33,216 nucleotides of DNA. It comes from Nemertoderma westbladi. Taxonomy: Eukaryota > Animalia > Xenacoelomorpha. This document shows, piece by piece, positions 21,001 to 31,578 of this stretch (positions are counted from its first letter, which is position 1; each line of letters opens with the position of its first letter). The notes under the pieces were generated by a model. It did no database searches. It saw only the letters and a program-made list of their open reading frames with translations, and was not told the origin of the DNA. The translations under genes and the position numbers were made by a program. The stretch spans positions 1-33,216 of the forward strand of contig JAUCBJ010002301.1 of the NCBI GenBank assembly GCA_032718475.1, in the 5' to 3' direction.

Positions 21001-23429
21001 GGAGTTCCTACTCTCCTTGTGACGATGGGAGTTCCCACTCCCCTTGCAACGATGGGAGTTCCTACTCCCCTTGTGACGATGGGAGTTCCTACTCCCCTTG
21101 TGACGACTGGAGTTCCTACTCCCCTTGCAACGATGGGAGTTCCTACTCCCCTTGCAACGGTGGGAGTTTCTACTCCCCTTGTGACGATGGGAGTTACTAC
21201 TCCCCTTGCAACGATGGGAGTTCCTACTCCCCTTGTGACGATGGGAGTTCCTACTCCCCTTGCAACGATGGGAGTTCCTACTCCCCTTGTGACGATGGGA
21301 GTTCCTACTCCCCTTGTGACGATGGGAGTTCCTACTCCCCTTGTGACGATGGGAGTTCCTACTCCCCTTGCAACGGTGGGAGTTTCTACTCCCCTTGTGA
21401 CGATGGGAGTTACTACTCCCCTTGCAACGATGGGAGTTCCTACTCCCCTTGTGACGATGGGAGTTCCTACTCCCCTTGCAACGATGGGAGTTCCTACTCC
21501 CCTTGTGACGATGGGAGTTCCTACTCCCCTTGTGACGATGGGAGTTCCTACTCCCCTTGTGACTATGGGAGTTCCTACTCCCCTTGCAACGATGGGAGTT
21601 CCTACTCCCCTTGTGACGATGGGAGTTCCTACTCCCCTTGCAACGATGGGAGTTCCTACTCCCCTTGTTACGACTGGAGTTCCTACTCCCCTTGCAACGA
21701 TGGGAGTTCCTACTCCCCTTGTGACGATGGGAGTTCCTACTCCCCTTGTTACGACTGGAGTTCCTACTCCCCTTGCAACGATGGGAGTTCCTACTCCCCT
21801 TGTGACGATGGGAGTTCCTACTCCCCTTGTGACGATGGGAGTTCCTACTCCCCTTGTGACGATGGGAGTTTCTACTCCCCTTGCAACGATGGGAGTTCCT
21901 ACACCCCTTGTGACGATTGGAGTTCCTACTCCCCTTGCAACGGTGTGAGTCCCTACACCCCTTGTGACGATTGGAGTTCCTACTCCCCTTGCAACGATGG
22001 GAGTTCCTACTCCCCTTGTGACGATGGGAGTTCCTACTCCCCTTGTGACGATGGGAGTTCCTACTCCCCTTGTGACGATGGGAGTTCCTACTCCCCTTGT
22101 GACGATGGGAGTTTCTACTCCCCTTGCAACGATGGGAGTTCCTACACCCCTTGTGACGATTGGAGTTCCTACTCCCCTTGCAACGATGGGAGTTCCTACT
22201 CCCCTTGTGACGATGGGAGTTCCTACTCCCCTTGTGACGATGGGAGTTCCTACTCCCCTTGTGACGATGGGAGTTTCTACTCCCCTTGTTACGACTGGAG
22301 TTCCTACTCCCCTTGCAACGATGGGAGTTCCTACTCCCCTTGTGACGATGGGAGTTCCTACTCCCCTTGCAACGATGGGAGTTCCTACTCCCCTTGTGAC
22401 GATGGGAGTTCCTACTCCCCTTGTGACGATGGGAGTTCCTACTCCCCTTGCAACGATGGGAGTTCCTACTCCCCTTGCAACGATGGGAGTTCCTACTCCC
22501 CTTGTGACGATGGGAGTTCCTACTCCCCTTGTGACGATGGGAGTTCCTACTCCCCTTGTGACGATGGGAGTTCCTACTCCCCTTGCAACGATGGGAGTTC
22601 CTACTCCCCTTGTGACGATGGGAGTTCCAACTCCCCTTGCAACGGTGGGAGTTTCTACTCCCCTTGTTACGACTGGAGTTCCTACTCCCCTTGCAACGAT
22701 GGGAGTTCCTACTCCCCTTGTGACGATGGGAGTTCCTACTCCCCTTGTGACGATGGGAGTTCCTACTCCCCTTATGACGATGGGAGTTCCTACTCCCCTT
22801 GCAACGATGGGAGTTCCTACTCCCCTTGTGACGATGGGAGTTCCTACTCCCTTTGCAACGATGGGAGTTCCCACTCCCCTTGTGACGATGGGAGTTCCTA
22901 CTCCCCTTAGGTCGATTGGAGTCAATACTCCCCTTGCAACGATGGGAGTTCCTACTCCCCTTGCAATGATGGGAGTTTCTACTCCCCTTGTGCCGATAGG
23001 AGTTCCTACTCCCCTTGCAACGATGGGAGTTCCTACTCCCCTTGCAACGATGGGAGTTCCTACTCCCCTTAGGTCGATTGGAGTCCCTACTCCCCTTTGT
23101 GACGATGGGAGTTCCTACTCCCCTTTGTGACGATTGGAGTCCCTACTCCCCTTTGTGACGATGGGAGTTCCTACTCCCCTTGTGACGATGGGAGTTCCTA
23201 CACCCCTTTGTGACGATGGGAGTTCCTACTCCTCTTGTGACGATTGGAGATCCTACTCCCCTTGCAACGATGGGAGTTCCTACTCCCCTTGTGACGATGG
23301 GAGTTCCTACTCCCCTTAGGTCGATTGGACTCCCTACTCCCCTTTGTGACGATGGGAGTTCCTACTCCCCTTTGTGACGATTGGAGTTCCTACTCCCCTT
23401 GCAACGATGGGAGTTCCTACTCCCCTTGT
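15060..23429. repeat. 27-bp tandem satellite, about 310 copies
   Basis: Consensus GATGGGAGTTCCTACTCCCCTTG(CA/TG)AC; occasional 28-bp units shift the apparent reading frames. Confidence 0.99.
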
Positions 23430-23870
23430 GGGGTATTTCGTATGAGATCAACACATCAAAAATCCTTACCATCTCAGATTTTCTTGAAATTTGGTGGAGA
23501 GGTAGTACCTATAGAGTAAGTAACTCATGCCAAATTTTAGATCTTGAACTGCTTGCAATCATGAGATATGCCACCTCAAAGTGTGAGGTTTTCGCCGATT
23601 TGCGGGTGGACCGGAAGTATACAAAGAGGCATTATTAATGAAGATCTCATAATAAACATGCAACATAAGTATTCATTTGGAAGCTCTTGTCTTGCTCTTT
23701 CATAATATCGTGATACTTGTGCTATACTTTCCACATAGCTCTTTTAATGTAGCTTTAAAGACTTTAAATGCGAAGCGCGAAAAACATGTATATTTCAATT
23801 TTGCTCAAACTTTGCTCAAGTTATCCTTATTATGTCTCTTAACACCCATAAAAAATTGGAATGGCTTTTG
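23430..23870. mobile_element. Possible DNA transposon terminal fragment abutting the satellite
   Basis: Abrupt start GGGGTATTTCGTATGAGATCAACACA...TCAGATTTTCTTGAAATTTGG resembles Sola2-like terminal sequence (from recall only); no matching inverted end found. Confidence 0.25.
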
Positions 23871-24176
23871 CGCCCCTTTGTGACTTACAGGCGTTTTTGT
23901 TTTGGTCATTCGACGGTTTTGCGAAACATCGCGAAACGTTGCGATCGCAACATACCAGCACCCCCCCCCCCCCAACAGGGGGATAGTAAACCACTAGCTA
24001 CGCTATTATACTGCCCTCCTGCCATAAACTACTTTATGCTAAACAATGATAATCAATTATTTTTATACCTGCCAAGATATTGGGTCAATACAAAAAGTTA
24101 AATTAATATTTTTTTCCAAGTAGATTATTATAGTTATTTACTAACTAGTTCAAACATTCCTTGGTTTGTTCATTTT

Positions 24177-24218
24177 ATGGCAGCGGTTATGGTCTCCATG
24201 GCAGCGGTTATGGTCTCC
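24177..24218. repeat. 21-bp perfect tandem duplication
   Basis: ATGGCAGCGGTTATGGTCTCC twice. Confidence 0.9.
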
Positions 24219-24555
24219 AGACATATTTTTTGTTTAGTAATATGATAAAATTTCGTTTATTTGTATGCAATTTGTCTAGTTTTGTTTATGGAAAATAACT
24301 ATCTTATCTTATATATCTATCTTATACGGTTCCAGTAGGGTTTTGCAAAGTAATTCAGATTCCTATGTTTTTCCCACGTCATGTAAAATGTCTGAAGAAA
24401 GTGATTGAGAATCGCTTGGAAGAATTGGTAGTGTCATAGGAAAAATTTCAGGCGGAATTAAAATCAGATTATGCAACTGGTGTTTTAGATGACGTTATGA
24501 TTTAGCTACCACGGCTGATAAGTTAACCTCCCTTATCTATTATACATTATGGCGC

Positions 24556-26025
24556 TAGGTGGTTTAATAATGATTGTGTCGTTCGTGATTGGCGATGTAG
24601 CCGTTTTGATCGTCCCTGGACCTTATCGCCCCGGTGCTACAGTAGGTGGTTTAAAAATGATTGTGTCGTTCGTGATTGGCGATGTAGCCGTTTTGATCGT
24701 CCCTGGACCTTATCGCCCCGGTGCTACAGTAGGTGGTTTAAAAATGATTGTGTCGTTCGTGATTGGCGATGTAGCCGTTTTGATCGTCCCTGGACCTTAT
24801 CGTCCCGGTGCTACAGTAGGTGGTTTAAAAATGATTGTGTCGTTCGTGATTGGCGATGTAGCCGTTTTGATCGTCCCTGAACCTTATCGCCCCGGTGCTA
24901 CAGTAGGTGGTTTAATAATGATTGTGTCGTTCGTGATTGGCGACGTACCCGTTCCGATCCTCCATGGACCTTATCGCCCCAGTGCTACAGTAGGTGGTTT
25001 AAAAATGATTGTGTCGTTCGTGATTGGCGATGTAGCCGTTTTGATCGTCCCTGAACCTTATCGCCCCGGTGCTACAGTAGGTGGTTTAATAATGATTGTG
25101 TCGTTCGTGATTGGCGACGTACCCGTTCCGATCCTCCATGGACCTTATCGCCCCGGTGCTACAGTAGGTGGTTTAATAATGATTGTGTCGTTCGTGATTG
25201 GCGATGTAGCCGTTTTGATCGTCCCTGGACCTTATCGCCCCGGTGCTACAGTAGGTGGTTTAAAAATGATTGTGTCGTTCGTGATTGGCGATGTAGCCGT
25301 TTTGATCGTCCCTGGACCTTATCGCCCCGGTGCTACAGTAGGTGGTTTAAAAATGATTGTGTCGTTCGTGATTGGCGATGTAGCCGTTTTGATCGTCCCT
25401 GAACCTTATCGCCCCGGTGCTACAGTAGGTGGTTTAATAATGATTGTGTCGTTCGTGATTGGCGATGTAGCCGTTTTGATCGTCCCTGGACCTTATCGCC
25501 CCGGTGCTACAGTAGGTGGTTTAATAATGATTGTGTCGTTCGTGATTGGCGATGTACCCTTTCCGATCGTCCATGGACCTTATCGCCCCGGTGCTACAGT
25601 AGGTGGTTTAAATAATGATTGTGTCGTTCGTGATTGGCGATGTAGCCGTTTTGATCGTCCCGGAACCTTATCGCCCCGGTGCTACAGTAGGTGGTTTAAT
25701 AATGATTGTGTCGTTCGTGATTGGCGACGTACCCGTTCCGATCCTCCATGGACCTTATCGCCCCAGTGCTACAGTAGGTGGTTTAAAAATGATTGTGTCG
25801 TTCGTGATTGGCGATGTAGCCGTTTTGATCGTCCCTGAACCTTATCGCCCCGGTGCTACAGTAGGTGGTTTAATAATGATTGTGTCGTTCGTGATTGGCG
25901 ACGTACCCGTTCCGATCCTCCATGGACCTTATCGCCCCGGTGCTACAGTAGGTGGTTTAATAATGATTGTGTCGTTCGTGATTGGCGACGAACTCGTTCC
26001 GAACGTCCCTGGACCTTATCGCCCC
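24556..26025. repeat. 87-bp tandem repeat, about 17 copies, two subtypes
   Basis: Unit TAGGTGGTTTAA(T/A)AATGATTGTGTCGTTCGTGATTGGCGA...CCTTATCGCCCCGGTGCTACAG. Subtype A carries TGTAGCCGTTTTGATCGTCCCT and subtype B carries CGTACCCGTTCCGATCCTCCAT. One 1-nt insertion near 25611. Confidence 0.98.
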
Positions 26026-26389
26026 TATGAATTGGATTTTTTTTGGGAACTTATCGTTCCCCTGTTCCGAGTTTTTAGGAACTTATCGCCTATGACTCTT
26101 CATCGCCCCTGGTCCTTTATCGCCTGTCATTATGCAGGATACTTTCCCATACTTCCTCTAAGTCACATATTTTAGTTAAAAGTTTACTATTATATTTATA
26201 CTCAAATAGTTTCATTTAGAGGAGGGCTACAATTATAAATATTCATATTCAATTCATAGACGAAGTGTCAGGGGAATTATGTTCATAGCAGGGGGCCTAG
26301 ATCCCAAGCCTAAAGTTTGTTCTACGAGCCGAAGTTAGCAATGGGCAAAGGGTTCTAATAGTTTCTGGATCTTGTGAAAAAAAAAACAT

Positions 26390-26563
26390 CACCATGGGTG
26401 ATCTTCCACAGTAAACTCTTCCACTCTGTTTCATAAAGGAATACAGTCTGTTCACCACCATGGGTGATCTTCCACAGTATACCCTTCCACTATTTCCTAA
26501 ATGAATGTCTGTACACCACCATCGGTGATCTTCCACAGTAAACCCTTCCACTATGTTTCCAAA
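26390..26563 (-). repeat. Three tandem ~60-67-bp copies of a segment shared with the SINE 3' end
   Basis: CACCAT(G/C)GGTGATCTTCCACAGTAAACCCTTCCACT-like units at 26390, 26457, 26517 match GATCCACCACAGTAAACCCTTCCACTCTGTTT at ~27827-27858. Confidence 0.8.
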
Positions 26564-26569
26564 AGGATT

Positions 26570-27780
26570 GTTTCCAAAATGGCTTCCGTAAAGCAAATGG
26601 CACTATGGAGCCTATTCTGGCACTTATAAGTTATCAATAAAGAAAGACAGACAACTGGCTATTATCTTTGTTGACTTCTTTAAAGCCTTCGACTCAGTCT
26701 CCCGACCACGTATGTTCACAGCATATTTGCAGCATAAGGGATTCCTGAGGAAATTATTGCAGCTATCACTGTGCGATGGTTCCACCATATTTGTGTCTAT
26801 TGCTGATACGAAGTCTTATGGGGAATCCTTCAGGGTGACACACTTGCACCATTTTTATTTGTAATTGTGTTTGATTATGTTCTACACCTGTACTTAGATC
26901 ATCTTAATAATAAAGATGGGGTGATGGTACCCCCTACTGGCACAAGAAGTGGAGGAAATCCCGCAAAGTACCTCACTGATCTAGACTTTGCTGATGACTT
27001 AGGGGTACTCTCATAATCACTAGAGGGGGCCCAAAGGCTCCTAGTGTTGGTCTTTTTGTAAACTCCAAGAAGACCAAAATTATATCAGTGAACCTTGACA
27101 GCCCACAAGAAATGCCTGATCATTATGGCATAAGCTCCAAAGATGGCTTGCTTGAGCACGTGGATGACTTCTGGTACTTGGGATCATGGATCCGAAAGTC
27201 AGATGATGTAGTGAAGTGGAGGGGAAGGCATTGGCAGCATATAGCAGCATATGGGCAGCATAGTCTGTCCAGGATTTGGAAGAATATAAATCCCATAGAA
27301 TAAAACGGAAACTCAAGGTCCGATTATGTACGGCAGTTGTAGTACGAGTACTCTTAGATGGGAGTCCATGCTGGGCTCTAACTGCTGAGGACACCAAATC
27401 TCTGGATGGCACATTCACAAGAATGCTACGACGGGTTCATTGTGTCAAGTACAATGAACACATCTACAATCAGACTCTATACACCATTGGAGATGTTTCA
27501 TTTGTCTCGGCTAGCTTGAAATTTGAACGGAAGCGTCTCCGCTTTGCAGGACATTGCTTTCGCCGTGAGGACCAGCCAGTGCACAATCTTATGCTCTGGC
27601 AGTCTCCATGGAGAATATTAGTATGGTGGACTGGACAGCACATGACTTCCTTGAGACGCATCTTAAAGGACACTGGCCTTGAAAATGCGGATGTCATGGG
27701 GGATAGGGAGTTGTGGCGGGGCAATTCTCTCTACAAACCGGCATAGCACTTTTAATAATATATATGTAATATATATATAA
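26570..27780 (+). mobile_element. Decayed RTE-group LINE fragment (RT domain and C-terminus)
   Basis: Motifs occur in order across stops and frameshifts: QNGFRK (~26577), VDFFKAFDSVSR (~26670), GILQGDTLAPFLFVIV (~26822), LTDLDFADDL (FADD 26987-26998), DDFWYLGSWI, LDGTFTRMLRRV, RLRFAGHCFRREDQPV; AT-rich tail ~27755-27780. Confidence 0.85.
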
Positions 27781-27803
27781 TGCAGCTGCAATGCAGCATG
27801 CCG

Positions 27804-28030
27804 ATAGTAGTAGTATTAGTACGGACGATCCACCACAGTAAACCCTTCCACTCTGTTTTCCAAGTTGCCTTGGTTCCCATTTATCGACCAGGGAAGGATG
27901 AAAGAAATCCTGGGTTGGGCTAGGCTGCAGCATTTAATCCACTGTGGCCAAACAGTGATGCACCATCTAGGGATCGAACCCGGGCCTCTTCATTTGAAAC
28001 TTTAGAATTTCACCACTAGACCAAGCTGCC
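27804..28030 (-). mobile_element. tRNA-derived SINE with Nin/Deu-type core domain
   Basis: Minus strand: A box TGGTCTAGTGG (28023-28013), B box GGTTCGATCCC (27980-27970), core TTTCATCCTTCCCTGGTCGATAAATGGGAACC resembling the Nin/Deu SINE domain (from recall), and a (TAC)n-like tail. Confidence 0.8.
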
Positions 28031-29111
28031 ACTTTTAACACAGAATAGAATACCAATATAAACAACAGGGACCCGGGGTTATTAACATTTAGTTAGGCAG
28101 ATGAAATATTGTCTAACTATAAATAATTATAATTATTGTATCTCTCCTCAGATTTCTCTATTTTTCTACACAGAAAGTAGGAAATGAGGCAGGAAACACA
28201 AGAATTATTAACAATAATTTTTAACACAGATTACACAGAATATTTATTCAACTAGTTAATTTAGCTATGAAATCACACAAAATTTAGATATAAAACGGTT
28301 AAATAAATTATATAGACCGACAGTAGTAATAATAATTTCGGGTGGAATACCCAAAACTGCACATATAATATTATTTGGATATCCTGTTTGATAGCCGCCT
28401 AAGAACGGGCCATCCCCATCCTTAAATTACGTAGCACAAGTCCAAAATCGTTCAAAAAAGCGTTACATCATTTAAGGAGGACCCATATTGTTGCATAGCA
28501 AAAGGGGTCGACTCACATAGCTAGCTACACCAATATTTAGCTAATGGTTTAGCCATTGACACAACCCAATTCTATTATATTCATTAAAGAGCACCAATTT
28601 TAATGATTTGCTAATTATTATTACCTAATTAAATTAAATCGTCTACAAAACTATAAACCTGATTGTTTTAGAATGTTGAAGCTGTGTCACGCTGTCACGC
28701 CAAAATGTATACTAAAAGTCGCACACATCGAACTGGGCTGGAGCATAAGATAACACGAGCAGCAAGTGAGCACAAACATTGAGCACAAATATGCAAAATT
28801 AACAAAATAAACAATCAAAATGAAATATACTGGAATATGAAAGTGCAGCATGGTTACATAAAGTAGATTGTTTACCAGTAAATAAACAAACACATTTAAT
28901 ATAAATTGTTTACAATAAAAACAGTATTAATTACAAATAAATACTGAATCTAAATAAGAAATATCAATAAAAGTAGATTATTATTCCAGTTACATTCAGC
29001 CCAGATGAAATGTACAATATTAAAACTTAGTATAAATAAATGTAAGTTAAAGTAAGTAACATAGGGCGGATACAGAGGATAATAAAAATAGAAGATAGTG
29101 ACGGGACGGTA

Positions 29112-29993
29112 CTATATGGCGTCGTGGGATTCTGTTAGCGAGCTCTGGGGTTTGAGACCGCCGTGTTTGTGTAACGGAATAACGAATACGGATATATCGT
29201 CGGCGCTGGCCTGTTTGTTCCCGGGGTTGCGCCACCCCTTGGGGGTCGGCATTCCGCGCGCGCGGTACACCAAGGCCTGCGCGGCGTGCGAGTAACGGTT
29301 GCAGTCGTCCCGCGGCCGTCCGGACAACGTGTCCCGGACAATGTCGGACACGTCCGCGTTGCTCAGGATGTCCCACAAGCCGTCGCTGCCCAACACGACG
29401 ACGTCGTCCTCGTTGTGCACCTCGGCTCCCATATCGTAGACTTGCACCTCCGGGACCGGGGTCAGGAACGGTTTGATGTAGATGTCGGACTCGTAGACGC
29501 GAAGATCGTGATCCCCGAATCCCCGGGTCACCCCGATCGTAGCCATAACCCGCGCGCGTTTCCCCTCCCCGTATATCAACGGATGCCGCAGGTCCTGCTC
29601 CCTTATAGTCTTGTAGGACCAGCCCACGGTGCTGTGGTTCCGGTACAACAGTCGCTTCCCGAGGTCCCGTCGATGGATCCTACGGATGAACTCGAGTTCC
29701 GTGAACTCCTCCTTCAGTAGTTGGGGGTGGAGGAAGGCGAGGTACTGTAGTCTGCGTCGGTCTGTCTCGGGAGTGAAGTCGGTGGAGAGGGCGACGGGTC
29801 GTTGGTGTCGGCGGCACAGGACGGCTCGCGAGTCGCCCGCGTTCGCTACGTAGAGTTTACCGAGGAAGAATACGGCGACGAGGGCCGTGCAGCCTCCCGT
29901 TATGCGGTAGTAGGCCCGCTCCCGTCCGATTTCGGCGTCCATCTCAGTGAAGGCAGCCTCCAGAGCGCCGACCACAAGGGATTCCACCGTAAC
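29112..29993 (-). CDS. PPM1H: Protein phosphatase 1H-like (PPM1H/J/M subfamily PP2C), coding exon 2 (last)
   Basis: Acceptor TTCTAG|GTT at 29994/29993, phase 0. Contains GGCTALV, LYVANAGDSRA, FTPETDRRRLQYLAF, the flap region LEFIRR...GWSYKTI...PLIYGEGKRARVMATIGVTRGFGDHDL, SDGLWD and ADDISVFVIPL; stop TAG 29114-29112. Confidence 0.95.
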   Translation of the reverse strand, partial: VTVESLVVGALEAAFTEMDAEIGRERAYYRITGGCTALVAVFFLGKLYVANAGDSRAVLCRRHQRPVALSTDFTPETDRRRLQYLAFLHPQLLKEEFTELEFIRRIHRRDLGKRLLYRNHSTVGWSYKTIREQDLRHPLIYGEGKRARVMATIGVTRGFGDHDLRVYESDIYIKPFLTPVPEVQVYDMGAEVHNEDDVVVLGSDGLWDILSNADVSDIVRDTLSGRPRDDCNRYSHAAQALVYRARGMPTPKGWRNPGNKQASADDISVFVIPLHKHGGLKPQSSLTESHDAI

Positions 29994-30141
29994 CTAGAAT
30001 ATAAAGAGTAAAGTTACATGACAGTTGCTCGTCTAAGGCGATCTACGAGTAAAGCTTCACCGCCATACCGGTACCAGTTTTCTCTCCCTTTGGAACTCAT
30101 CTCTATTGACGCCCTATAGCCCCTATGAAAGCCTCGCTGCT

Positions 30142-30996
30142 TATGGCGTCTCTAAAAGGGTCAAAATATAAATAATAAAAACCTCTATGATGAAAAAATA
30201 AAAATGCGTCCAAAAAAATACTGCAGTAATACAATTTTTTTTCTACCGCAGTAATATAAAAAATTGTTACTGTAGTAAAAATATTGCAGTAACAAATATT
30301 TATTACTGCAGTAACAATTATTTATTACTGCAGTAACAATTATTTATTACTGCAGTAACAAATATTTGTTACTGCAGTAGTAATTATTTGTTACTGCAGG
30401 AGCAAATATTTATTACTGCAGTGCCAAACTGTCATTTCATTGGCCGATATAATTCAATGATCCCCATCCCCTATCAGAATCCGCCCGCAGTTGAATGGTA
30501 GAGCCAGCCAAAGCTTAGGCTGGCCCTTCCATTCAACTGCGGTTTCTGATTGGGGATTCAATGAATTATATCGACCAATGAAAGGACAGTTTCTTCCAGA
30601 GGTAGTTCTTTGCCCAGACCACCGGTGTAAACATACTTAAAGTTTTTAGTTTTTAGTAGTTAGGCATTACCGAGCTGCCCTGTTGAAGGCCTGTTTGTTT
30701 GTTTTATATTGTTCATTATATTGTTTCAATATAATTTCATGTTTGGGCCGAAATATTGGCAATAAACTCAATTTTGACCACCCACAGATCTGCTACCCGC
30801 CTTTAAAAAGACAGTTTAGTACTGCAGTAATAAATATTTTCTACGCAGTAACAAATAATTACTACTGCAGTAACAAATAATTACTACCGCAGTAACAAAT
30901 AATTACTACTGCAGTAACAAATAATTTTTTTGGACGTATTTTTATTGCTTCATAAAGGTTTTATTATTTATATTTTGACCATTTAGAGACGCCATA
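30142..30996. mobile_element. Foldback MITE in the PPM1H intron, 855 bp
   Basis: ~75-bp TIRs TATGGCGTCTCTAAA(AG/T)GGTCAAAATATAAATAATAAAA...; flanks GCTGCT / GCCGCT (6-bp TSD, one mismatch); 22-bp subterminal arrays with a TTACTGCAGTAA core at ~30220-30422 and ~30820-30925. Confidence 0.9.
30426..30592. repeat. 167-bp near-perfect inverted repeat nested in the MITE
   Basis: AAACTGTCATTTCATTGGCCGATATAATTCA pairs with TGAATTATATCGACCAATGAAAGGACAGTTT; CCGCAGTTGAATGGTAGAGCCAGCC pairs with GGCTGGCCCTTCCATTCAACTGCGG; loop AAAGCTTA. Confidence 0.93.
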
Positions 30997-31578
30997 GCCG
31001 CTTAGAGTTGGAGTGCAATATTGTTATCACCAAATATTGTTAATAATATTGTTATCAGCTGCTGTTATCACTAAATTTAGGATTAGCAAGTCATTTCAGT
31101 TAGCAGATTAGGAGGGTCCCTTATTTGACACTAGTGCCTGAAACTTACCGATCAACTGATTAATTGCATGCATGACTCCGAGCAAGAAATATAAGTTAGC
31201 GTTTTAGAGTCAGCGAGAGAAGTTAATGATAATCGCGGTAACTTTGTGGAAAACTATGAGGACTATATTATACTGTTTGCTACATTTAACTGTGTTTGAG
31301 TCTTTGACTTCACCAATCCATGATCTTAAAGACTGAAAGACATTATCTGCTTATAGCGTAGTTCTTACAGTATCATATGATCATAAAAAAAAAATAAAGT
31401 AGCTACTACACTGCTACATGTAGTCATTGGATACCGTATTAGGTTATCTTGGTGGTTGGTACCTGTACCGGCTGAATTTAAACTACCGGTACCTACCTAG
31501 GGGGTATTAAATTTAATTTAATAGATGGGCCTAACGGCAGACCGGTACCTAGTAGTATTTAATTAAATTCAAATTTAC

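Noticed and set aside
15282-23130. Long Cys-rich (CNDGSSYSP)n or mucin-like (TMGVPTPLA)n proteins
   Set aside because: The 27-bp unit is open in several frames on both strands; 28-bp units shift frame repeatedly; no signal peptide or unique domain.
15060-23429. CRISPR-like array of hairpin repeats
   Set aside because: Linkers are 11 nt and near-identical rather than unique spacers; no cas genes; eukaryotic context.
23961-24010. Helitron 3' end (C/G hairpin then CTAG)
   Set aside because: The hairpin relies on a poly-C run, CTAG is followed by C rather than T, and CTAGCTACGCT looks more like a decayed MITE terminus.
24549-26175. Multi-pass membrane protein made of 29-aa repeats
   Set aside because: Units are near-identical at the DNA level, there is a frameshift at ~25611 and no non-repeat domain; best explained as translation of an 87-bp satellite.
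27955-28030. tRNA gene
   Set aside because: A and B boxes are present but I could not fold a convincing cloverleaf, and it continues into a SINE core and tail.
31549-31578. ORF-track C-terminus VNLNLIKYY* of the 203-aa ORF, and a separate 291-aa gene
   Set aside because: This is read-through past the GT donor at 31578; the two ORFs are exons of one gene.
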